Positions 35,650 to 47,918 of a stretch of DNA of 64,000 nt are shown in pieces. Origin of the DNA: Flectonema sp. DT1601 (taxonomy: Eukaryota); contig OZ025784.1 of the NCBI GenBank assembly GCA_964019425.1, positions 1,612,001 to 1,676,000 of the forward strand, in the 5' to 3' direction. Position 1 is the stretch's first letter. Each line of letters starts with the position of its first letter. The notes under the pieces are model-generated. The model saw only the letters and a list, made by a program, of their open reading frames with translations, had not been told where the DNA came from and did not search any database. The position numbers were made by a program, and so were the translations under genes.

Positions 35650-35760
35650 TCGTCTTCTCTGAAGAGGACTTGGGGTAAGGGTATGGTCCGAAGGATTTTT
35701 TTTTTTTATAGCCCGAAACCAACTATAATTTGTTTGATGTCCCTACGATTTATTGATTAT
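35650..35760 (+). repeat. Short dispersed repeat (other copies near 38205-38276 and 51578-51705)
   Basis: Shared pattern: CTGAAGAGG-stem-CCGAAG, a T-run, then TAGC(C/T)C(G/A)AA..ATTAT..TGTT. Confidence 0.5.
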
Positions 35761-36105
35761 TTATTCGCACGTCAATTTTTGAATTTCGACTTTTCTTTTG
35801 TTCTTTTTCCCAGACGAAGATTTTTTTTTTTTTTTTTGTAGTCGTTTTTTTTTTTTGTGGCGGTTTTGTCTTGAAGCCTTAGTAGGGGATTTCTTTTTAT
35901 CCTTTACTAAGATGATTTTACTGTGTTCTTTTTGTTAATTATTTTCTTCACTTATTCGATCCTAACTCGATGAAAAATATTGTGTTCGAGACCCGCAAGT
36001 CCATCAGACTCTAATTTATTATAGTTATATCAAAATAACAGTTTCACAATATGTGAGTCAGGAAAGGTTTTGGAAAAAAAAAAAAATAAAAAATAAAAAT
36101 AAGGA

Positions 36106-36948
36106 ATGCCAGAGATGGATAAAGAAGTCCAACGAATACTCTCCGGGAGTAGTAATTGTTTTGAAATACTTCGGATTCCTGTCGAGCCTTCTGTAAAGTC
36201 TTCAGCAGTCAGACAATCATACAAATCTGTTTCATTATTAGTACATCCTGATAAGTATGTTTGTTATGTATTGTAATATTAGTCTCACTCGGAAGACTGC
36301 CTTATTATTAATGCACAAAACAGAAACAAAGACCCACGTTCAAAAGAAGCTTTCCAAGCAGTCCAAGCAGCGAAGGAACTTCTTCTTGACGATGAGGAAT
36401 GTAAGAAACACTTTGACAGTGTAAAGAAGACGGCAGCCAAGGAAACCGCAAGACAGAATCATCGAAACTGGATGCAGGAAGCTTTCAATAAAGATGCAGA
36501 GAAGTATTATCGAGAAAAGGAACAAAAGAGGAAAGCGAAGAAAGAGGCCGACCGATTAGCTCAAAAGAGACAATGGAGTGAAATAAACAGATTGAGAGAC
36601 GAGGAAGAAGCGAGACACGCACGAATGAAACTCGCAGCGGATAAGCGACAAAAGTCATTTCTCGATCCTTTACAAAAAACAACACCAACACCAACTCCAA
36701 CAGAAGCACCAATAAGCACCTACTCATTAAATAATAAAATTTCTGAATTATCTCGTCAGGTTCAAGGTGCTGAAAACAGCAGCAGTGACGACAGCAGCAC
36801 TCACAACAAAAAGAGGAAGAAGAAGAAGAAAGACAAGAAGGAGAAAAAGGAAAAGAAGAGCAACAAAAAGGACAAACTACAAGCACTTCGAATGGAGAGA
36901 TACCTTCGAGAAGCGAGGGAGAGCATTAGAGAGAAACGGATTACGTGA
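36106..36948 (+). CDS. DnaJ (J-domain) protein, DNAJC8-like, 2 exons
   Basis: Exons 36106-36254 and 36324-36948 give FEILRIP..RQSYKSVSLLVHPDK|NKDPRSKEAFQAV (HPD motif), followed by a coiled-coil/Lys-rich tail. Confidence 0.85.
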
Positions 36949-37174
36949 CACCTCAATCAACAATTGGAGTCAACGGTAGCGACAGTTGATATGCGCTCAG
37001 AGCCATTACCCGCAAGATCGCGGTGTCGATTATATTTATGTTACCTCTCATGGCTCAAAGTGTTGACGTATTTAACTTTTAACAGATTATCACAAAAGGA
37101 ATGAATTACCCAACAGAGATGAATATTATTAATTATTTTATTTATCAAAACTCTAACAGGACTGATACCATACG

Positions 37175-37723
37175 ATGCCTCCTAAGAAAGAAGAACCAAC
37201 AGCAGTAGATCCACTTGTTGACTCAAATAATGAACAAGCTGAGGAAAAACGCGCAGAGCTATTAAGAGCGATGGTTGCAAAGGTCGAAGAAGTTCAGTTT
37301 GGTGAAGCGAGTGCCAGGAGACTCGTGCAAGAGATGGAGGCAGTGGGTTGGAGATTTATTTCAAGTGACTCCACCAACCATGAGAAACCTGAACAGTCAG
37401 GTAGTAAGTACCGAGTTCACGTTAAACTGTTAAGTAGAAATAGAGCTTACAAAACAACTCTTTATACTTTATTATGTTCTCCAAGTGATGATGATGTGGA
37501 TTCTTTGAAAGCACAGATTGCTTCTTATAATTATTCAACACCTCATCCACCAGTTGAGAATCAAGTTCTATCGTATCTTGATAAACCTTTACAAACAGGA
37601 ACAGTAGAAGTTAATGAAATACCTCCAGAGGCAACACTTCACTTGACTATTGTTGGAACTCCGCCGAGTAGCTTTCCAGTTCCTCCAATCAGATTTCGTG
37701 ATTTCTGCTCTGCTGAAGCGTGA
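37175..37723 (+). CDS. Hypothetical protein with C-terminal ubiquitin-like domain
   Basis: DVDSLKAQIA..PPVENQVLSYLDKPL..IPPEATLHL follows a Ubl pattern. Confidence 0.6.
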   Translation: MPPKKEEPTAVDPLVDSNNEQAEEKRAELLRAMVAKVEEVQFGEASARRLVQEMEAVGWRFISSDSTNHEKPEQSGSKYRVHVKLLSRNRAYKTTLYTLLCSPSDDDVDSLKAQIASYNYSTPHPPVENQVLSYLDKPLQTGTVEVNEIPPEATLHLTIVGTPPSSFPVPPIRFRDFCSAEA

Positions 37724-38342
37724 GACCATTTTTCTTTGTTCTGAAGAGTTTTTGTATTGCAATCATCTTCTTCTACTTCTTCACTTGTTGGTAGTCAAGT
37801 AGTACTTTGTTTATATCAGAGGAGCCGTATTAGTTCTTCTGCTTCTGTTCTCATGACCTTCAGCACGATTTGACTATCGAGGCTTTCAACTTTAGTAAAA
37901 AAAAAAAAAAAAAATTATAAATTCACGTGCGGAACATGTAATTTCCGCGAAAGGCTAATGGCAGAAAGTGCTTTTGGCAGAACACCTTGCAGAAGATGAG
38001 GGAAGGCTTTTTGTTTTTATTTTCTTTTGATACATTGCACCCTTCTGGGTGTGAGTGCCTTTTGCTCGTCCTGTACAAATACCTTCCAACTGTATTCCAA
38101 TTCTAAGGTCTTGTTACTGTTTCTTTTTGTACAGGTTTATTATTACTACCCCTCTACACGAAATTATGCACTTGTGGAGGTTACTCATAAGCTTAGAGAA
38201 AGGCAAACTCGATGAGAGCAACGTCTCCGAAGAAATCTTTTTTTAATTTTAGCCCAAACCCCAACCATTATTTGTTAATTAACTTGATAACTATTAATAC
38301 TAACTTAAAAACTTGTTTAATTTCACTCTCCTCAGCAGCACG

Positions 38343-39167
38343 ATGGATGACATATTCGCTGCTTTCAAGAAGAAGCGTAAGGAAGGGGTAGGTGCAGGCA
38401 AGGCACCAAAGAAGAAGCAAGAACCTGAGAAAGAAACAGTTAAGGAACCTGTTGAAGTGAAAGACACGTTTTTCGACCTCAGAGGAGAGGAAAAAGAAAC
38501 TGAAATCACAAAACTGTTGGAAGCAGAAGACTTAAAACCGAAGAGATTCGTTGCAATTGGAAACCTTCAGCCGGCAGTTGGAGAAATTTATGGAGAAGTG
38601 TTTCGTAAGAAACTTGAGGGATTAAAAATTAAAAACATGGAAGCAGATTGGGTCTCTCACGTGTTTCGAATTAACTTCGCAACTCCACATGATGCGATAG
38701 CAGCAACGAGTATGCTCGACCGACAGAAAGTCTTCTCAACTAAAATTAGAGCTGGTCTCACAGCTACTCGAGATGGTGAAATCCTAATTCGTAACCTTCT
38801 CGGTCATGTTACTGAAGAGGTCATCACTCAATTCGTTTCTAGTTTTGGAACAGTACTCTCAACTAAAGTGTTATCACATCACGTAGTCTACAAGAAAGCT
38901 TATGTAACCTTCTCAGACTCTTCTCATGCTCTGAAGTGTTGTCAGAAACTTCACGGAGCTAGAAATACATTTCAGGATCTTCCCATCTTCGTCTCCATGA
39001 CATCGAACAATGACAACCCAAGACAGAAACCTATTAAAGAAAAACGTAAAAAGTCTGAAAAGAGTACCGAAGGACGCAAAGAACCCAAACCTGAACCGAG
39101 TGAGGAGGATGAAAACGAAGAGAAGGAGGAGGCCTATGTATATGATCACGCGATGGAGATGATGTGA
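38343..39167 (+). CDS. Two-RRM RNA-binding protein
   Basis: RNP-like segments VAIGNL, ILIRNL and KAYVTF. First ATG at 38343. Confidence 0.75.
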   Translation: MDDIFAAFKKKRKEGVGAGKAPKKKQEPEKETVKEPVEVKDTFFDLRGEEKETEITKLLEAEDLKPKRFVAIGNLQPAVGEIYGEVFRKKLEGLKIKNMEADWVSHVFRINFATPHDAIAATSMLDRQKVFSTKIRAGLTATRDGEILIRNLLGHVTEEVITQFVSSFGTVLSTKVLSHHVVYKKAYVTFSDSSHALKCCQKLHGARNTFQDLPIFVSMTSNNDNPRQKPIKEKRKKSEKSTEGRKEPKPEPSEEDENEEKEEAYVYDHAMEMM

Positions 39168-39832
39168 TTGTTAAATAACAGTTTCAGATCACGACACTTT
39201 CTTTATTATAAAGCTCTCTACTTGTGTAAGGGTTGCGAATAACACAAACTCATTTACGATACCAACCCAAAGTCATGCTGTGATGTTTCTTATCAGGTCG
39301 ACTACCTCTGACAGTTGTTGAGGTAGCCATAGTTTTATTATTCCTCTCAATTCTAGTAATACTTTACCTGTTGCATCCCCACAGCTATTTACACAAACAA
39401 ATGGGAGCAACTGAGGAATCGAACTGGGTGTTTAAACCAAAAAAAGTTCCGACAGACGTCACGGGATTTGACAGTATGTTTGAATTATTATTTAAACTAA
39501 TTGAATGTAATAAAATACTTTTAAAAAAAACAGAGAAGGCAGTGTCTGCTATAAATAATAATTTCTCTGAATTACGTGATGGGATAAGGTCATTACAAAA
39601 GTCAATAAATTCTCATTCGGGAGGGACAGCTTCAGCTCCTGTTCCGCCTGTTGCGCCAGCTCACATCTATTCACTACACTTGTCGCATCATTAAAAGTTC
39701 GTTAGAATTGTTTTGTGAGTTTTTTTTGTGTCTAAAACTGTATTCTATTTCTACCAACAGGAGGGGGTCAGGGGCGAAAAGGAACAGGTGAGAGGTAATA
39801 GTTTCATCTAATTACCCTGTTCTTATATTTAT

Positions 39833-41515
39833 ATGACGATAACTGATACTCGTTTAGGGAATGGAGTGTTGAGTGGTAATGGTTATTTATTCGCAACGGG
39901 ACTACTGAGTGAACCGGAACCATCTAAGCCGGTTGTATCAGAATTGAGAAGTAAAAGTGAAGTACTTGAGGATAGGAAGAAGAGCGCGTCGTTGAAATTC
40001 CCAACCTTCTCGAAACCTTCGAGTGGTGGGAAGAGTGAGAATTGTGGAGCAGTTCGTTCAGGGAAGGGTCGATCAAAGAAGATGATCGTAACTTCAGTAA
40101 AAAGGACTTCTTCACATCCAGATACTGTAAAGTCACAACCTTCATTTAGAAGGAAAACAGGGAGTCCTGGAGCTGGAGTCGAACCCAAAGAACATCCGAA
40201 TAGTCATACCTATAAACCTCCAGAAGAACCTTGTGATAGTAATCACAGCAACTCTAGCACCTTTCAACGTCTCCACAACGAACACTTCGAACGACTGAGT
40301 AGACAAGAAGACAGATATCAAGAAATTGTAATGAAGAGAATGGGTGAGGAAGAAGATGTTCTCAAGGAATGTACATTCGCTCCCAACGCGTCTCGTCGTA
40401 CTTCTCAACAATCAGTTCTGACAGGTAATAAAACGTGGGAACGACTCTACAGCACGGAAACGATGTCTACAAAACACTTCCACAAATCAAAAGAAGAACC
40501 TCTTCCTGGTCCAGGAAGCTACGGCGATATGGTTGACGTAACTTCTGGTGGTGTTCCAATACCCAGTCTTAATCAGGCTCGTACTTCAGAACGCAGTTCA
40601 CAAGCTAGCAGCTCTCATTCAGTAAACGGGAAAGTGTGCGCATCTCATGGAAGTACACCATCCTCAGTAACTAGTAATGAAGGAAGAGAGAGGAGGAGTA
40701 TTGGTCACAGGGGTTACCAGAACACGTGGAGTAAGCTTGCTTCTGGAATTCCTACCGGAAAGGCTGCAGAAAAGCCGCCGATGAATCACGACACCTCAAG
40801 ACTAGCTTCAATGGGTTCCAGTTGTTTGCGATCTCCAAGAAAGAGAGGAGTGTCACCGAGAGCTACAAAGCCACGGCTGTCACCGAGATCACAAAGTGTA
40901 CCAACACCTGTTGCAGCTGAAGGTCCAGTCAGATCATCTCGAGGGGTGTACGCTGATGTTATCGTTTCTTCTCCTTCTCCTGTTCTGCCTCAACAGAAAG
41001 TTTCTAAACCGCGAGTAACGATTGATAGTTCTTCACCACTTGTTCATTGTACCTCAAGTAGATCATGGGATAAAGAATCAGGTGTTGGTTCACTTTCTGT
41101 TAGCTCTCACGCTGATTCTGGATCTGAATTCAGAGTTGACAACTCCCCTGCTGCTGGAAAATGTATTGACTGCGGACAAGCAATTCCTTCAGAACTTCCG
41201 TACTGTCCAGCAACTGGTAATAAACATAATGGTAGTGATACTCGTATTGTTAGATTAGAAGCTCCTGAGGCTGAGTTAGCAAACAAATTTGCACTTCGGA
41301 AAGGATCAGTAGCATCAGCTTCTCAATCATGTGATGATACAGACTTACCAACAGCTATTGATAGAGGTTCTGTACCAGATACTGATGATGCTTCAACTGT
41401 TCGTTTATCTTATAGTTTAGCAATCAGATCTGTGAAGAATTCTGGTATTGGGAAGTCAACGAGGGAACTCCTTCGAACTATTCACATACCCGACGATGAA
41501 CTTTCACTTGCTTGA
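39833..41515 (+). CDS. Hypothetical Ser-rich disordered protein (probably has upstream exons from about 39401)
   Basis: 560-aa ORF with ECTFAPN and PGPGSY motifs and a CxxC..CPATGxxH zinc-ribbon-like segment. GT/AG signals occur at 39474-39860, but I could not resolve a full model. Confidence 0.65.
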   Translation: MTITDTRLGNGVLSGNGYLFATGLLSEPEPSKPVVSELRSKSEVLEDRKKSASLKFPTFSKPSSGGKSENCGAVRSGKGRSKKMIVTSVKRTSSHPDTVKSQPSFRRKTGSPGAGVEPKEHPNSHTYKPPEEPCDSNHSNSSTFQRLHNEHFERLSRQEDRYQEIVMKRMGEEEDVLKECTFAPNASRRTSQQSVLTGNKTWERLYSTETMSTKHFHKSKEEPLPGPGSYGDMVDVTSGGVPIPSLNQARTSERSSQASSSHSVNGKVCASHGSTPSSVTSNEGRERRSIGHRGYQNTWSKLASGIPTGKAAEKPPMNHDTSRLASMGSSCLRSPRKRGVSPRATKPRLSPRSQSVPTPVAAEGPVRSSRGVYADVIVSSPSPVLPQQKVSKPRVTIDSSSPLVHCTSSRSWDKESGVGSLSVSSHADSGSEFRVDNSPAAGKCIDCGQAIPSELPYCPATGNKHNGSDTRIVRLEAPEAELANKFALRKGSVASASQSCDDTDLPTAIDRGSVPDTDDASTVRLSYSLAIRSVKNSGIGKSTRELLRTIHIPDDELSLA

Positions 41516-42643
41516 GGAGTTGCTCAAGAAATATCAATTGGAGGATTTATTTGTTGGCAATTCATATGCCCAGTAGCGAGACGAACCAAGAGTCAGTTAC
41601 TGACGACTGTGTTTTCGTTTGATCCAACCCGACAGCCTTCTGTATAAGATTTATGGCAACCAAAGACATCATTAAGAGATTTCGTGTGTGAAACAGTTGC
41701 CGGTTGAATTACAAGTTGTGTTTCTTCCTTTTTTTTAGTGAAAGCTTTTTGTCAATGCTGCAACATTGACCTGCAGACTTTAAAGAGTCTCGCAGCATCT
41801 CAATCGGATATCTTTTCGTCTTTGTCAGGGTTCTATTATTATTATTTTTTTTTTTTAAATGTAGAGAAGTGGCTAACCACATTCTACTTACAGCGTGTTC
41901 CACCATATAGCAACGGCTATACGGTTTCTCTTTGTTAACTTTTTATTCGTACCCCTGAGGAATATATATTTTTTTTTTTTTTTTTTTTTTTTTCAGTGGT
42001 TCGTGCGAACTTTATAATAAAATATAAAATAAAAATTTAGAAAAATTTTTAAAAAAAAAAAAAAAAAAAAAAGAACAGAACAGAATTAAATGAACTAATT
42101 TAGTTTAGGAAAAAAAAATGAAACAAAAAGAAGGCATGTGTTTCGCGGAAATATTCCCACCAAAACACGTGGCCAACTTAGTGGCGTTCGTTACTATTGA
42201 GTGACAGGAATGCATAAAAAAAACTTGATAATTTTTAATTTTCCCTTTTTAAAAAAAAAAAAAAAAAGTTATACGTAGATTGTTTCGACTTTTTTTTTAC
42301 CCAAAAAAAATTCACCCAATCCAAATAATACTTTTTAGGAAAAAAAAAAAAAAAAAAAAAAAAAAGGAAAGGAAAAATCCTTTTTTTTTTTTGAGGTGAG
42401 AGAAAAAATAAGAGAGAAATAAAACAAATACGATATAAACGTGGTTTTTACGACAATAAATTCACATGTCTCTTTAGGTCACATGCAGATGACCTTTAAA
42501 AAAAAATAAAAATAATAATATCTGACTGATATCGTGAACAAAAGTAATTTAAAAAAAAAAAAAAAAAATGTGCAATATAACGTATCAGTAGCTGCAAAAA
42601 AAAAAAACGATTCACTGCCCCCCTCCATCCCCTTGTGCTGCAA

Positions 42644-42675
<32 letters not shown>

Positions 42676-45600
42676 TTGAACGAATGTGTTATGACTACAT
42701 GAACAAATAAAAAAAAAAGTAAAAAGTGAAAGAAAAATAAAAAAGAACATCGTTACTGCGAGCAAAAAAAAATCGTCGATTTTTTTTTTCCTATTTTTTT
42801 TTAAGAAAAAGAAAACCTTTTTTTTTTGTTTGTTTATGAATGAGATTAACTTAATTCTTATCATTCTGTAGCTAGTCAATTCGGTTTTGTGCTATGTGCG
42901 CGGTTAACTTGAAACTAAAAAAACTAAAATAGGGTTTGGTGGCAAACATGGTTGCCGTGTATAAAAAAAGGGGGGTAGTCGGCATCAAAATGAATTTTTT
43001 TTTATTTTTTTTATTTACTCAAATATTTGTTTGAGTCGAATGATACAAAAAAAAAAAAAAAAAAAGCTAAAGTTGATTTTTTTAAAATTTTTTTTTAATT
43101 TTTTTTATCTATGAATGAAATGGAATACTCGCAGTGTTCTCGCAATAGAGACGAGAGTACAGAAAAAATGTTGTTTTTTTCTTTTTTTTTCTTTTTTTCT
43201 CCTCACTTTTTTTTTCGCCCCTAAATCCTATTTTTCGGTTTGGTTCATAATATGCGTTTGGGAAAAAGAACAAATTTAAAAAAAAAAAAAACGGAATGAG
43301 GAACAAGTAAAAGAATAAGAATACAACAACCACCGTGTCAGATATTTGGGTAAGCAACATTAATTACAAAAAAACATTAATGTCAAAGTAAACCTAATTT
43401 CTAGTAGACGAAAAGCGGAGAGGGGAGGGAAAAAATAGGCATCGACAGGAAGCAACATTTGTTCTTAATCTGTCGTAGAGCCTTTGTCAGGAACGAAACT
43501 TGCGAATATAAATTCATCGTTGGAACAAACACAACGCGTCTTATTTTGTCCGTTTTTTTTTTATTTTTTTTTTAATATTCCGTGACATTTGTGCGTGGGC
43601 TCTGCGGCGGGGAAATATTCTACGACCGTCTGGTAGGCGTGTTTCAGTGATAAAGACGACGTAGTTGAACGTAACATCCGGGACCGATGTACGCTACTAG
43701 TCTACAATTATACATTACGACCAGGAACTCCTTAAAGGAGGGCCTTTCTTTTTTTAGTTTCGGTTTGCAAACAAAAAAAATGACGACGTTCATTCTTCGA
43801 GAGGACAACGCAAACAGGTACCCCTGCAGAAAAAATCTGGATAGCTTTTTATTCCTCTGCTTCCCCAGTGGTTTACTATGGTCCTGTTTATCACGTCTAC
43901 CCTTTCCCCACTCGTTTTTCTTTTTTTTCTCTTGTTTTTACGTTTTGTGTCAGTATGGCGAGTCAACGTTGCTTATTTTCCCCCCTCCAATTTTCTTTTT
44001 TTCTTCCTCATAGCATCTCTTTTATTTTTCCCCTTTTTTTTTTATTACTCTGATATTTGATCATTATTTTAGGTCTCTCCCTTTCCATCTTCTATACTTC
44101 TTACGGCTGTTATGTGGAGCAGGCAGAGGAGGCTCAACCTCGTTTGTCAGTACCTTATTCGGATATTGACGGCAGCTACAATAGTTTTATAAGGCTTATA
44201 TTACTTCCGAGTTTTCTATTTTTTTTTAAATTTTTTTTTATTTTATTTTTTTTTTTGTTTTGAACGCCTTACCCTGTCCACATTTACTCAGGTGTTGTAG
44301 GTGCTGTTGTGAGAATGACAGTCTCACGTGGAGTTGGAGAAGAAGAAAAAAAAAAAAAAAAAAAAAAGAGAGAGAGAGAGATGTCTCAGCTTGTACATTG
44401 ATCTGAGTTTTGGTTTCTTTCAGTTTTGTATCAAAAAGAAAAAAAAATAAAAAAAAAATTTATCCTTCAGACGTTGATGTTGTAAAAAAAAAAAAAAAAA
44501 AGGAAGGAGACGTAGACGGACAACCTTTCGGTACTCAAAGTACGTTAAATGATGTGAAGCTTTTTTTAGTGAGAAAGTAAACTCGTCTTAATTCGTTTCT
44601 GGCTATCTTATCCTCGTATACTTGTCTGTCTGTGCGGATAAATCTTTCCTGACGCAAAAATAGATTTCCCTGCCCCGTTCAGGGAATCACTTGCAGTCCT
44701 CGTATTGTTGTTTTTTTTTTTTTTTTGTTTCTTTGCGATATTTTCGTTTGGTTATAACTTTGAACACTTGCTCTTGAGAACCAGTTATCTGTCGGTTGCA
44801 AAATTATTATTTTTTTTTTTTTAATGGTTTTTTTTTTTTTTTTTATCTAAATAATATTATTTTTTTTTTTTTTGATTGTTTTTTTTTGCATTCTCAGCTT
44901 CCCGCTATCTACTTCAGCTCAAGAACTTCTCAAGTCAATTCCTGTCCATACATGTGTGAGATAGTTATGTTTGTTGTTTTAATTACGGTGTTCTCACTGT
45001 GAGAAATCAGCAGTATTTAAAAAAAAAAAAACGAAAAATTAAACGTCAAGAAAATAGTATTCCGTTCTTAGGAGTTGCTTCCACATCAAAAAAAAAAAAA
45101 TGTAAAGTTGTTGCTGCTTGAGAAGATGAAAGAAGAGGGGAGAGGGGAGAATGACGAGGAGGTCCAAAAAAAAAAAAAAAAAAAAAAAAAGCGAGCGAGT
45201 AAAAAGAAAATTTTCCCCTCTGCTTCCAAATTGTGGGGAAAAATAATAATATAAAAAAACAGTATTTAAGTTATGAGAAGAAGTATCCAAAAAAAAAAAA
45301 AAAACATCAGAAAAAAAAAAAAAAAAAAAAAAAAAATTGAAAATCTCCGCAGCCCCATGCAATCACCAATTGATATGAAATACTCGTACCCCCTTCTTAC
45401 AATTATAATTAATAATGCAATGTCCCTTAATAAGTTTATATTAGTTCCCTTTTGACATTTATTTTTCTGGCATCACAAGCCTTTGTTTTTTTCGTTTCTT
45501 TTTCCGCCCTTGAAAAAAAAAAAAAAAAAAAAAAAAAAAGGGAAAACCGACAAGTCACAAGGCCGTGACCGTAGTATACGTTTCTCCAATTTTTTGGATG

Positions 45601-45984
45601 GACTTGTGTGGGTTTTCCCAAAAAAAAAAAGTTGAAGTTATACATAAAGCGGGGGAAAATAATAAACATCGAAACTTGATAAATGAAAAAAAAAAAAAAA
45701 AAAAAAGTAAAGTAAAGTAAAAGAGGTTCCTACTTATATAATGGAGATGTATTTCTCTTGTTTTTGTTTTTGTTTCTATTTTTTTTTTTTTTTTTCTCGT
45801 TCTACTACTGCACAGGAAGGGTTGTGTACATTGTGCCGACTAACATCCAAATCATCTCCTCCGCGGAACGACAGTAAAGATTTTCTGCCGTAAACAGACA
45901 GACATGGTTATCTTTCTTTTTTAGGGTGTTATGCTTACGGTGCAAGGAATTCGTTTGACCACTGTAAGTATTTGTTCTGTACTG

Positions 45985-46023
<39 letters not shown>

Positions 46024-46421
46024 CCGAAAATAATTTTTCCCCTTACGTTAACGAATTTTACGCAAGAGCTTCTCCCAACTCCGAGCCAAAGCCAAGGTTT
46101 GCAGCACAGAAATTGAATTTTTTTAATTCTTTTTCTTGGTGCTCTGGTATACATGAGATCTATGACAGAAAGGTGCCATTCACCCTCCGCAAAGAGCTAT
46201 CAGTAACGACAACCTTATTGCTAGCTACACGGTAACCAAGTTTATTATATCCTGCAGTGCACTACTGCCAGGGATTGCTTGTGTTGGAAGGAACACTTCT
46301 AGATGAGAGGTGTCTCTGATTGTTTGTTTACGCGAAACGAGTTTAATTTTTTTTTTTTTTTTTTTTTGTGGAGACTCGACAATAAATGATAATTGAATAA
46401 TACGGTTTTTAAAAAAAATAA

Positions 46422-47445
46422 GGGAAAACCCCTAATTCCACAAAAATAGTTTGCGAAATCGCCAACTCATCACAAAAATTTTAACCACTCAAAACAAACC
46501 AACATGACGGGAAAAATTTCAGAATTTCACGTAGCGGCCTTCGATCTGCTTACGCGTCTAGGCTTTATCAAGCTGACTGCAGCTATAGGACTGAATAACA
46601 TGCTCTGAAGAACGCGGTTAGACATCTGAAAACAGTGTTTAGCAACTACAATGAGATCTGTAAGGATATTCACGGACTCAAAATCCCTTCTGGATGAACT
46701 GCTGGGTGGAAGGTGCAGGCAGAGGAATACCGAGTCCCTCAAGATACTGGAATACCTGCGCATGTGTGAAATGAAAGTGCATTTGCAATTCATCCCCTCG
46801 CACATTGGAATCGAGTTTCACGATGAAGTTGACCCGCTTGCAAAGGCAGCAGCGCACAACAAGAACATCCGACCTGTACTAGTCAGAGGCACGTACTTCT
46901 CGCTCATCACATGTTAAGCGCTGCATCAAGAAGGATCTGCTTAACGTGAGTGGCTACACTTGCTATAAACACCTCATCGGAGGCCGTTCCGTTAAATACC
47001 CTCCTGGGATGGAAAGAGTCGACGAGATACGGATAGCGAACTTCCGGACAGGATGTCACCCGCTAATTCAGAACTGGCGCAAGATGATCAACTGCCCATT
47101 TTGTGGCGAACCGTCCTCACAGGTCACCTGCTGCAGGGATGTCAATCTCCTAAACTCGACTCGGCCAGGTTCAAAATCCTGGGCTTCTCAACACTGACCG
47201 GCAAGTGGGATCGCGATCGGGAACTTATTATTGCCAACGAAATTCCTAACCTTGAAGCTCTCTTCACTTTGGCGTGGCTTTTATTAGGGGCTCCCCCCCC
47301 TTGCACTCTTCCCAGCTAGGCCCACAAACAAAAAACCCGCCGCAAGCCAAAATTTTGGGTCAAGTTCGAGTCCTGGTGGACAACTTTTTTTTTGTAGGGA
47401 GTTGGCGATTTCGCAAACTATTTTTGTTGAATTAGAGGTTTTCCC
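46422..47445. mobile_element. ~1-kb non-autonomous TIR element (TIR ~55 bp)
   Basis: Left end GGGAAAACCCCTAATTCCACAAAAATAGTTTGCGAAATCGCCAACTC; the right end is its near-perfect reverse complement; poly-A flanks. Confidence 0.85.
46530..47335 (+). pseudogene. 3' fragment of a non-LTR retrotransposon (RNase H + CCHC-like), degenerate
   Basis: CSYRTE*HAL, VRIFTDSKSLL and LQFIPSHIGIEFHDEVDPLAK are LINE RNase H motifs; FRTGCH..CPFCGEP..HLLQGC follows. Contains stops and frameshifts and ends in a short A-rich tail. Confidence 0.8.
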
Positions 47446-47918
47446 AAAAAAAAAAAAAAAAGAAAACTACTAAAAAAAGAAAATTGCTTTTTCTATGTTA
47501 CGCAATCCGTCAACCATATACCTCATTTTTCGCTAATAATGCTCCCGCCCCCCGCCTGCATTTTTTTCACGCGAGAAGAGGGATTCACGGGGCAACATAC
47601 TCGTATAGTGAATGCTACACTCCCGTCCCGCACACAGACATCATGTCACGGCAGTTCGAAAGGGCTAAACGTTTTTTTCCCACTCATACCCCCCTGTCAC
47701 TATTTGATTTCCTTGAGCAGCTTCGGAAAGAACTATTTTGTTCAAATTTTTTTTTTTTGGTTTTTTTTTGATTTAATCAGCACCTTCCGTTTTACTTACA
47801 GAAAACAAAGAAAAGATTCAAGTGATGTGTTGAGAGTGATGTGTTGAGGAACATTATTTTACTTAAAAAGATAGTGATGACGTCAATTGTATTCTCACAG
47901 AAAAAGTTATAAAAGAAA

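Noticed and set aside
42652..46235. Phe/Lys-rich short ORFs (also 2772-3140 and 4368-4613)
   Set aside because: Translations of poly-T/poly-A tracts.
47355..47392. tRNA-like GTTCGAGTCC followed by a T-run
   Set aside because: No cloverleaf or A-box upstream; it lies within the TIR element's subterminal region.
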